From the IMG/VR virus record IMGVR_UViG_3300045131_002362, positions 1-64,000 of that record: a stretch of DNA of 64,000 nt; one strand, given 5' to 3'. Positions 1 through 8,047 of this stretch are shown here, piece after piece. How positions within the stretch are numbered: the first letter of the stretch is position 1; every line of letters begins with the position of its first letter. A program made the position numbers and the translations under genes. The notes below the pieces were generated by a model, which was given only the letters and a program-made list of their open reading frames with translations, was not told where the DNA came from and searched no databases. Origin of the DNA: a virus.

Positions 1-313
1 GGCATCACGGTATAGTCGGCGTTGTTGAAAGGAACGGCACTCCGTTCTATCATGCCCGCGTTATCAATGGAGGTTCATATGGCAGACGAGACAGTTGCGA
101 AACCGACGCCCGCAGCGGCGAAAAAGACGGTGAAGGCCGCCGGCAAGCCGGAAGGCATCACGGTATAGTCGGCGTTGTTGAAAGGAACGGCACTCCGTTC
201 TATCATGCCCGCGTTATCAATGGAGGTTCATATGGCAGACGAGACAGTTGCGAAACCGACGCCCGCAGCGGCGAAAAAGACGGTGAAGGCCGCCGGCAAG
301 CCGGAAGGCATCA
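1..313 (+). repeat. 153-bp exact tandem duplication (1-153, 154-306) bounded by GGCATCA microhomology
   Basis: Sequence from 1 recurs at 154; GGCATCA at 1, 154 and 307. Confidence 0.95.
25..53 (+). promoter_or_regulatory. sigma70-like promoter TTGAAA-N17-TATCAT (second copy 178-206); spacer contains inverted repeat GAACGG-CACT-CCGTTC
   Basis: Consensus boxes at 17-bp spacing upstream of GGAGG and ATG. Confidence 0.6.
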
Positions 314-432
314 TCGTCTATAACAAGAACCTTAACACCTGGCGAGCGGTCAACGACGCTGGGCACACGGTTCTCACCGGCTCGAAGGCTTCGCTTTCGA
401 CCAAGTTTCCCACGTTCCTTGTGAAGGAGTAA
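232..432 (+). CDS. Small Lys/Ala-rich hypothetical protein (66 aa)
   Basis: GGAGG SD before ATG 232; a truncated copy lies at 79-168. Confidence 0.75.
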   Translation: MADETVAKPTPAAAKKTVKAAGKPEGIIVYNKNLNTWRAVNDAGHTVLTGSKASLSTKFPTFLVKE

Positions 433-436
433 AATT

Positions 437-1033
437 ATGGCAGACGATACCGCATTGCCTATCGGTTGGGTAGAGATGACCTCTGTGCAGGTCGGCACCG
501 ACACCCGTAACACGAACGAGCCGGGCGGCTCCAGGCTGCTCATCTCTTTCGACGAGCCTCTCCCAACGTACGGCGATGATGTCGATGTTGACGATCCGAT
601 GATGCTCGATTTCATCGACTTCAGTATGCCCAGCCTGAAGGCCACGGCCTACAGCACGGCACTGCTCGCTCAGAAGAAGTGGATGACAATGGGCGTGTCG
701 CGTCTCGTCGACAGCGATCAGATCTCCGGCACGATTGAGTGCGCCGGCGCTACGTACGCGATGCTTTCGGCGTTGATCGGTGCCAAGGGCACCTGTCGCA
801 TCGAAATTCCGAACCAGGGCTGGTTCAGCCAGTGGCGCATCGCCGTCCTGTCTGTTGACGGACCGCCCGTGCGAGACGGCGACCGCATGACTGGCAACCT
901 CGTGTTGACCGTGACCAATACCGCTCCGGATGACAAGAGCGAGATGGGTCCCGTGTTTGGCAAGGAGACCATCACGATCACGGATGTGGCCGGGCCGTCG
1001 CTGACGCCGGCAACGGAGCCTGTTGGGCCGTAA
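437..1033 (+). CDS. Putative major tail (tube) protein
   Basis: 198 aa, AAGGAG SD, sits directly upstream of chaperone pair and tape measure. Confidence 0.65.
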   Translation: MADDTALPIGWVEMTSVQVGTDTRNTNEPGGSRLLISFDEPLPTYGDDVDVDDPMMLDFIDFSMPSLKATAYSTALLAQKKWMTMGVSRLVDSDQISGTIECAGATYAMLSALIGAKGTCRIEIPNQGWFSQWRIAVLSVDGPPVRDGDRMTGNLVLTVTNTAPDDKSEMGPVFGKETITITDVAGPSLTPATEPVGP

Positions 1034-1062
1034 GTTGTATCACGAACAAGGGAGACGAGACA

Positions 1063-1512
1063 ATGAGCACAATTAGCAAAGGCATGGCGGCGCTTCAGCG
1101 CAGCAACAATCGGGCCGAGAAGATCACTATCGGCGGCGAAACCTTCATGTTCAAACGCCTGACGATTGGCATGGAGGACGAACTCGACCGGATCATCAAG
1201 GACAATCAGGACGATACGCTGAAGCCGCCGGCCGAGCCGCCGCAGGATGCGGGCGAGGATGCCATCAAGGCGTACGGCGAGGCTGCCGTTGAGTTCCAGA
1301 ACAAGGCGGCAAAGGTGTTCCGCAAGCTCACCGCCGAGTTGATGAAGTACATCCTGCTCGACGAGACCGACAAGCCTCTTTTCGCGCCGGAAGACGACGT
1401 GTACGGCACGTTGAACAACGTGTACGCCAAGAACTTCTTCGCCGCGTACACCCGGTTCCGCAATGGCACGGAGGCGACGCCGGCAGCGGCAGAGAAGCGA
1501 TTTCAAGGCTGA
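1063..1512 (+). CDS. Tail assembly chaperone (gpG-like)
   Basis: Position between tail tube and tape measure; size; SD GGGAG. Confidence 0.7.
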   Translation: MSTISKGMAALQRSNNRAEKITIGGETFMFKRLTIGMEDELDRIIKDNQDDTLKPPAEPPQDAGEDAIKAYGEAAVEFQNKAAKVFRKLTAELMKYILLDETDKPLFAPEDDVYGTLNNVYAKNFFAAYTRFRNGTEATPAAAEKRFQG

Positions 1513-1966
1513 TCCTTCGCTGATGACCCTGTATCAGATCGCGGAGGACACGGGCATACTGCCGAACGTCCTTCGCGAGACCCTTAGCCCGGCAGACCTT
1601 TGCGAGTGGGCGGTGTACATGAACTCGCCCTTTAGCAGGCGCGGACGCGACGTGCTCATGAACGGATGGCTCGTTCAGGTCGTGCGGTCGATGGTTGCGG
1701 ACAAGCGCCACAAGCCCAAGTTCGCCGATTCCGTCTTCCCGTTCGACAAGATCGCGCAGGAGTTCTTCGAGAAGCCGAAGCCTGTCGCGCCGGTTGGTAA
1801 GCCGGTTGCGGCCCCGGTAGGCAAGGCGAAGCCGAAGACGGCGGCAGAGGTCTCACATCTGACGCAGGTTTTGAAAAAGGAGTTGGAGCGGAAGCGGGCG
1901 GATTACAGGGCCGGGAAGATTCCGAACAAGGCGGGCCTGTACTACGGGCAGACGCTGAGAAAGTAG
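1502..1966 (+). CDS. Tail assembly chaperone C-terminal extension (gpT-like), probably reached by frameshift
   Basis: Open +1 frame overlapping the end of the previous ORF; LRETLSPADLCEWAVY resembles gpT-type segments; no clear SD at ATG 1523. Confidence 0.6.
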   Translation, partial: FKADPSLMTLYQIAEDTGILPNVLRETLSPADLCEWAVYMNSPFSRRGRDVLMNGWLVQVVRSMVADKRHKPKFADSVFPFDKIAQEFFEKPKPVAPVGKPVAAPVGKAKPKTAAEVSHLTQVLKKELERKRADYRAGKIPNKAGLYYGQTLRK

Positions 1967-1975
1967 GGTGCGGAT

Positions 1976-4900
1976 ATGCCGAACGTCGGAACGATCACAG
2001 CCGGGATGTACATGGACCCCTCCGGGTACATCAACGGCTTGAACACGGCGGCAACCGCGACCCGCTCTTTCCAGCAGGGGATGTCCGGCACCTCTTTTGC
2101 CGGCTTCAACAGGGGCGTTTTCGCGTCCACCACGCTGCTCTACGGGATGTCCCGCATCATGTCCACGATGTCGAAGGGCATGGAAGAGTACGCCAACATG
2201 CTCGGGCGCATCGGCACCGTTGCCGACCTCACGGCAGCCTCCGTGAGCGCCCTCGCAGAGTCGATGAAGGCCGTCTCCGTGTACCAAGGTGTGAGCCGCA
2301 AGGACATCATGGGCGGCATGTACACGGCAGCGCAGGCGGGCTACGACTCGCCCGCCGAGATGCGTGCCATGGCGTCAAGCGGCGCGCGCCTGTCCCGAGC
2401 CTCCGGCAAAGAGATCGACGTGAAGAAGAGCGTCGACCTCCAGTCTGGTATCCGCCAGGCGCTCGGCATCGGAATGAGCAGCGTGTCGTCGAACCGCATG
2501 AACGACATCTTGCTCAAAGGCCGTGACATCGGCCGCTGGGAACTCGACGAGATGGCGCACGCCCTCGGCATCCCGCTCACCGTGTGGGGCAACCAGTTCG
2601 CCGGCAAGCAGAGCGGCGAGGAGACGCTGCGGCAGCTCATCAGCGTCATGTCCGTCGCCTCGCTTTCCGGCGTGTCGCCCAACATGACAGCCACCGGAAC
2701 GCGCCGCATCGTTGAGAAGACCCTCCAGCTCAACAAGTCCGGGCGCGTCGGTGATCCCTTGCGCAACGCGCTGAAGGGCGAAGGCTTTGGCGGGCAGAAC
2801 GGCATCATGGACGCGCTCAACCAGGGCGGCATCCAGTACCTCAACACGCTCATGAAGATCACGGGCGGCGGCCAGACAAGCGAGCTGACGCGTCTCGGCT
2901 ACGGTTCGCGCGACCTGCTCGTCCTCACCTCGGCCCTGCGCGGCAAGGGCGCGAAGCTCAACGAGGCGTACGAGGATCTCGGGTACGGCAACGTGGCGGG
3001 CACTACGGAGCGCTACGGCGAGAAGATGCGCCAGACGTACGACTACAGCCGTGACCGTCTACGCGCGCAATGGGAGATAACCTCGCAGCAGTTTATGCAG
3101 GCAAGTGTGCCGCTCCTTGGCGCATTCACCTCCATGCTGGAGGGCTTCAACAAGGTCGCGCAGTCCCTGCCGGAGAGCACTAAGTCCTTCGTGATGCTCA
3201 TGGCTGCGCTGAGCAGCGCCCGCTTCTTCCTGAACCTCCTCGGCTTTCGTGGCGGTGGCTTCGGAGGTGTGCCCACGGGAAGCATGATGGGTGGCGCGGC
3301 AAAGGGAGTGACCGGTGCGCACTCGAGAATGCCAGGGCTGGTTTATCAAAATGGCGGGCAGGTACTTCGTCCCGGACATGAAGCGCAGGACATTCAGGCC
3401 GCGCGTATGGCCCGGCGACAGTCTGCTGCTTCCACCAGAAGCGGTACAATGGGGCGTGCAGATTTTGGTTTGCCGAGCGACAAGTGGGCTGGGACAGCAG
3501 GTATGCCTTGGGGGACCGCGCACACACCGTTCAAACCGATGATGTGGAACGAGGTTCCGATTGGTTCTCGCGCATATTCTAATCTTGACCCTAGCAGGGC
3601 AATGCAAAACTACGGTTCGTCTTGGACGCCGTATCCCTCAGTTGGCAAAGCTTATGGTCCAGCTTGGTATAATTCTCCGCGTTCCGAACCGATGAATTAC
3701 TATCAGGCAGAGAACATGAAGGCAACGAGCGCCAAGTGGGATGCGGCTCGTTCCGCCAGCAACGCTGCATATTGGGCGCCGAACGGGACGCGACTTCCCT
3801 TTACTTCGACGCGGCAGGCCAGTCCTTCAAATGATCGTGCCCGAGTTCTGTCAAACACGGCTGCTTTGGGTGAGCGTTATTTGCCTGGACAAATAACGGG
3901 TAAGCAGTTCACGGACAACGGATATGGTCCTTCCGCGCAAGCCCGAATTCGGTGGGCCGCGTACAAACGGGGCCAGAGTGTAGATTTTGACAGCGGCACA
4001 TACGGTGGTCTTTCTTCGAGTGCGCAGAACTATTTCGCGAATCGCGGGCAAGGCCCGTATTCACGCAGCGTTGGAGCACAGACTACTCTGAATTCGATGT
4101 TCGGTCCACGAACGATTGATCCGCTCACCGGAAAACTTCGCGCGACCAGTATGCCTTTGGGGCTAACATCTCCCGGAACGTCCGCGCTTCTACGTCAGAC
4201 TCCGCAGCTCAGCAGCTATTACGGCTCCGGGGGCGGTGGGACAGCGGTGCTCTCTCAGGCAGCCGGTGCGGTTGGAAGCAAACTATATTCGCTTGGCTCG
4301 GCAGTGATGGGCGTTGTAGGCCCGTTCGTGGCCTTCTCGGCGGCGATCGCCGCCGCCATGTCCTTCATCAAGGGATTCGCCTACAGCGGACGAGAGAGTC
4401 AGAAGGAGGGCGGTCTCGCAAAGCTAACCGGTGGCGCGAGCGGTCCGGGATTTTTTGACACGATCGGACACGGGTTTGAACTCGCCGGAACTTATGCCCG
4501 AAATGGTTCAAAATACGTCGGTGACATGCAGGACGATTACGCCCGTAAGCACGGGTTCGTCCCGATCGGTTCTGGCAGGCCGGAAGATGACAAGGGTGCG
4601 ACTTCACTCCTTGCAGGACTTGCTGGATCTACACCCCTCGGCATGCTTTTCCGCTCTGTTTTCCCCGGAAACAATCCTATCGGACTCGGTGGCAATAGAC
4701 CGGCTGTTATGAACGACGTGATGGGCATGGTTCGCAGAGAACAGATGTCGCCCGGCATGGTTGCTCGTTTTGGCAAAACAGGGTCTTACGGCGGCCTTGG
4801 ACTCTCCGGTCTTGATAACTTCGAGACGGCCCGTCCGATCGTCGAGAAGTACATGCGCGAACAACTCGGGCAAGAACCACCTGACAATTGGAACGAGTGG

Positions 4901-5848
4901 GCTAGGAAGAATCTTGATGCGGCAGCGGAGACCGTCTCGGATGCACTTAAGGCCGCTGGACGAACCATTGCTGCGGGGGCCGTTAAGACCGCGTATGATA
5001 TCGAACGCGTTCGTATGGAGAAGACAACGGACAAGTACACACGTGATGTTCCGGGATATCTCGGTTTCGCCTCTGGCGCGCAGACACTCATGAACCTTGA
5101 GGGCATGCAGCGCGAACCGTTCCAGCCTGACATGGATGCAGCCTGGAAGAAGAAATACGCAGCCGCATACGGAGTGTACTCAAAGCGTCACGGCCTCGGA
5201 GAATACAGAGACAGCTATGTAAAAGGAAACCTCTTCGGACTTGAGGGCGAGGTTGGCAGGGATCTCAAAAAGAGCGTGGAAGGTCCGTTTAAGGATGTGC
5301 TCGAATGGAACCAGAAACTTCGCGGCATGGACTTTTTGGCGCAGAACGGTCCGAGTCTGTCGAATCGGCAGCTTTTACCGGACGCGTCTCTAATTGGTGG
5401 ACTCAATCTGGACGCCCGCAACATGTCCGCCGGCAAGCTGGCATCTGTGCTCGAGATGATCCGTGGTATGGATTACACGAGCTGGACGAAGACGACCGAG
5501 CGTTCGCAGGCTCCGTTCTCCCAGGCACTAGAGTACGGAACGAAGGAAGGTTACAACGCGACGCTTCAGCGCCCGCAAGAAAGTACCGTCGAGATGATGG
5601 CGAAGAACCTCGAATCCGCTTTTGCTGCGATCGAGGCGAGAGTTGACAGGAACGAGGAGAAGCAGTTATCCTTCAATGAGGCGCTCGCGAAGGCCGTCGG
5701 CGATGCTGTATCTGCTGCGATCGAGAAGCAGACACAGGAAGGAATAAACAGGGAAGACGCTCTCGCTGGCAAGATCAATGGCCCGATCGTTGAAGAGTTA
5801 ATGATGCTTGGTGGAAACATTGACGAGTGGCAGCAAAACGAAGAGTAA
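1976..5848 (+). CDS. Tape measure protein
   Basis: 1290 aa, Ala/Gly-rich helical, TP901-type N-terminal region (GMYTAAQAGY, DILLKGRDIG), hydrophobic segments, canonical position. Confidence 0.9.
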   Translation: MPNVGTITAGMYMDPSGYINGLNTAATATRSFQQGMSGTSFAGFNRGVFASTTLLYGMSRIMSTMSKGMEEYANMLGRIGTVADLTAASVSALAESMKAVSVYQGVSRKDIMGGMYTAAQAGYDSPAEMRAMASSGARLSRASGKEIDVKKSVDLQSGIRQALGIGMSSVSSNRMNDILLKGRDIGRWELDEMAHALGIPLTVWGNQFAGKQSGEETLRQLISVMSVASLSGVSPNMTATGTRRIVEKTLQLNKSGRVGDPLRNALKGEGFGGQNGIMDALNQGGIQYLNTLMKITGGGQTSELTRLGYGSRDLLVLTSALRGKGAKLNEAYEDLGYGNVAGTTERYGEKMRQTYDYSRDRLRAQWEITSQQFMQASVPLLGAFTSMLEGFNKVAQSLPESTKSFVMLMAALSSARFFLNLLGFRGGGFGGVPTGSMMGGAAKGVTGAHSRMPGLVYQNGGQVLRPGHEAQDIQAARMARRQSAASTRSGTMGRADFGLPSDKWAGTAGMPWGTAHTPFKPMMWNEVPIGSRAYSNLDPSRAMQNYGSSWTPYPSVGKAYGPAWYNSPRSEPMNYYQAENMKATSAKWDAARSASNAAYWAPNGTRLPFTSTRQASPSNDRARVLSNTAALGERYLPGQITGKQFTDNGYGPSAQARIRWAAYKRGQSVDFDSGTYGGLSSSAQNYFANRGQGPYSRSVGAQTTLNSMFGPRTIDPLTGKLRATSMPLGLTSPGTSALLRQTPQLSSYYGSGGGGTAVLSQAAGAVGSKLYSLGSAVMGVVGPFVAFSAAIAAAMSFIKGFAYSGRESQKEGGLAKLTGGASGPGFFDTIGHGFELAGTYARNGSKYVGDMQDDYARKHGFVPIGSGRPEDDKGATSLLAGLAGSTPLGMLFRSVFPGNNPIGLGGNRPAVMNDVMGMVRREQMSPGMVARFGKTGSYGGLGLSGLDNFETARPIVEKYMREQLGQEPPDNWNEWARKNLDAAAETVSDALKAAGRTIAAGAVKTAYDIERVRMEKTTDKYTRDVPGYLGFASGAQTLMNLEGMQREPFQPDMDAAWKKKYAAAYGVYSKRHGLGEYRDSYVKGNLFGLEGEVGRDLKKSVEGPFKDVLEWNQKLRGMDFLAQNGPSLSNRQLLPDASLIGGLNLDARNMSAGKLASVLEMIRGMDYTSWTKTTERSQAPFSQALEYGTKEGYNATLQRPQESTVEMMAKNLESAFAAIEARVDRNEEKQLSFNEALAKAVGDAVSAAIEKQTQEGINREDALAGKINGPIVEELMMLGGNIDEWQQNEE

Positions 5849-5865
5849 TCGTCAGAGGAGGTTTT

Positions 5866-7218
5866 ATGGCGAACGCGGCGGCAAGCTGGGAAACAATGCC
5901 AGACACAGATATGGCGGTGACGGATTACAACATCACGGTCACGGACGGAACGACGCCGACCACGTTTACGTTCAGGGTTCGCCGTCAACCTCTTTCGACG
6001 CGAAACATCGCCACACTCGCCACAACGTACGAACGCTATGTGCTTACGTTCGTTGTCACCGATGTGACGGATCATACGGCGACCACAAGTCCGATGGCGG
6101 TCTACGGCGTCGGATTCACAAACATGCTGATCCGCGCGCTACGTTCTCTGATCTCTGGCGGTGCCTCGATGATCCCGAAGCCAGGCACGCAGATCTCTTT
6201 CGGCAGCTCCACGTACATGATCGTTGAGACGACCGAATTCGCGCAGCTTTCGGAAAATACGGCAGACGTGTTCCTTGTCACATGCAACGTGAAGGAGCCT
6301 TCATCAGGTTCGGCTTATCTGGCATCACAGACTTCGCCTAGGCTTGCGAGGTCGGACGATGTGCCGCCGTGGCAGATGCCCGCCGATGTTGTTTTCGACG
6401 CACAGTCTTCCGAAGGCATGACGCTCGGGTTTGCATATCCTGTGGGCGATGTTGACGGCAAGGTTGATCAGGATGTGACTAGCTTGCGCACTTTGGGTTT
6501 GAATTGGGACGGGAAGATGGTCGCGATCGAAAACTATGCGAACGATCCGTTTTCCTCCCCTCCATCGTTTCTCAAGACAACCGGCACGTTGAAGGTGACA
6601 AAGGCTTTTTTGCGACCGGACATGGATGTCAGCGGCTCTGACTTTTCCCTGAATGCGGGCAAGGTGAACAGCGAGGACATCAGCCTCGACCTTGCTGGGG
6701 CCAAGTTCTTTTTCCCTGTCGGAACGCTCACAGTTTCGGGCATAGGCGCAGTGCCAAAAGTCTACAAAAAGCAGTTGCCCTGGTTCAACAAGACGAAGCA
6801 TCCGCTCGATAAGACATACGGAGAACTCTTCTACGGTTATTCCGGAAAGACGGCAAACTCCGTCGCTGTGAACAAAACGGGCGAGACGATCTTGGTCGCC
6901 TGCCCGATGCGCTACGTCGAGATCTCGGCCACGTTTCTTTTCCGCCCGGAGGGCTTTGCTGTCTGGCTGGCGAATCGCGGATACACAGAACTCGACAGTA
7001 ATACGGACGGCGGCAGAAAAGACATCACCGTAAACGGCAAGACGAAAGAGTGTTGGCTTTCAAAGGCCGGAACCCGATCCGATGACGAACGCATCTGGCG
7101 AGGTTTTACGATGGTTGTGCAGAGTCCCGCGATCAAAAATCTACTTTCAAAGCTGCTAAAGACCGGGAACGATTTTGACTGGGCTACTGCACAAGACGGT
7201 TTCGGGAGTGTCGTTTGA
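5866..7218 (+). CDS. Putative tail tip/baseplate protein
   Basis: GAGGAGG SD before ATG 5866; immediately follows tape measure. Confidence 0.55.
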   Translation: MANAAASWETMPDTDMAVTDYNITVTDGTTPTTFTFRVRRQPLSTRNIATLATTYERYVLTFVVTDVTDHTATTSPMAVYGVGFTNMLIRALRSLISGGASMIPKPGTQISFGSSTYMIVETTEFAQLSENTADVFLVTCNVKEPSSGSAYLASQTSPRLARSDDVPPWQMPADVVFDAQSSEGMTLGFAYPVGDVDGKVDQDVTSLRTLGLNWDGKMVAIENYANDPFSSPPSFLKTTGTLKVTKAFLRPDMDVSGSDFSLNAGKVNSEDISLDLAGAKFFFPVGTLTVSGIGAVPKVYKKQLPWFNKTKHPLDKTYGELFYGYSGKTANSVAVNKTGETILVACPMRYVEISATFLFRPEGFAVWLANRGYTELDSNTDGGRKDITVNGKTKECWLSKAGTRSDDERIWRGFTMVVQSPAIKNLLSKLLKTGNDFDWATAQDGFGSVV

Positions 7219-8000
7219 TGAGCGCGCCGAACATGATAGGTCAGGGGCCAGTCTGGAACTATGGCCACAACGCCTCTTTCGGTTTGTGGGTGCGGCCCGT
7301 AAAGGGATCGAAGCTCTTCGTGTGCCTCTATCGCGGTGTAATCTTCTCGCGCAAAACCACATTCGTTTGGCAGGAGGTGAAGAATGATGAGGCAGCGCCA
7401 GGCGAGACTCCCGCACAAGATGACGGCAAGCCAAAGTTCGATTTTAAGATGAAGATCGAACCGGCACTGAACGTTTTTTCGCCGTGCGGATCTCTCGTTC
7501 CGTATCCCGATTTTCCGATCTTCGTCTTCGCATCTGAAGGAAATGTGATTTACTCAGATGCCTCGATGAAGACGTTTAAGAAGTTTGGTGAACTTCCCGC
7601 ATCCGAGTTTTACTCCAAGATCGGAGAAGGAGCGGCGCAATCCTTCGACCTTCCGGACATCGACAAGAGCGTGTACGAGGGAACCTCTGAGGAACTCGAC
7701 GAAACGAAACGCGGCCTGCTCACGCCGATCTTTATGATCTCGGTCGAAAAGGAGCCAAACGGTTCGTTGTCGATCGCAGAGATTCTCGACATTCGCGCAT
7801 CCGACACGTTCACGTTTGCTGAAAAGGCGGCGGAAGAAACTCCGGGTGAGGGCGACGAAGATCCGTGTGAGCGGGACGGAGAAGATCCTGCCGACGGGCG
7901 TACAACGGTTGGCGGAGATCCGAACCTTGGGGATGTGGAGCCGACAGAAGACGTAGTGGAAGAGGAGCAGGCTGTTGATCCCTGTCCCGAAGACGTGTAA
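7215..8000 (+). CDS. Hypothetical tail protein with acidic C-terminus
   Basis: Coupled to previous stop; in tail module. Confidence 0.6.
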   Translation: MMSAPNMIGQGPVWNYGHNASFGLWVRPVKGSKLFVCLYRGVIFSRKTTFVWQEVKNDEAAPGETPAQDDGKPKFDFKMKIEPALNVFSPCGSLVPYPDFPIFVFASEGNVIYSDASMKTFKKFGELPASEFYSKIGEGAAQSFDLPDIDKSVYEGTSEELDETKRGLLTPIFMISVEKEPNGSLSIAEILDIRASDTFTFAEKAAEETPGEGDEDPCERDGEDPADGRTTVGGDPNLGDVEPTEDVVEEEQAVDPCPEDV

Positions 8001-8047
8001 ACTGAACACCTGACGCAGTATTGGTGAACACCGACGGAGCCCCCGAT

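Noticed and set aside
8003-8036. Short direct repeat TGAACACC(T)GACG before the BACON gene
   Set aside because: Only two imperfect copies and none noticed elsewhere; insufficient support
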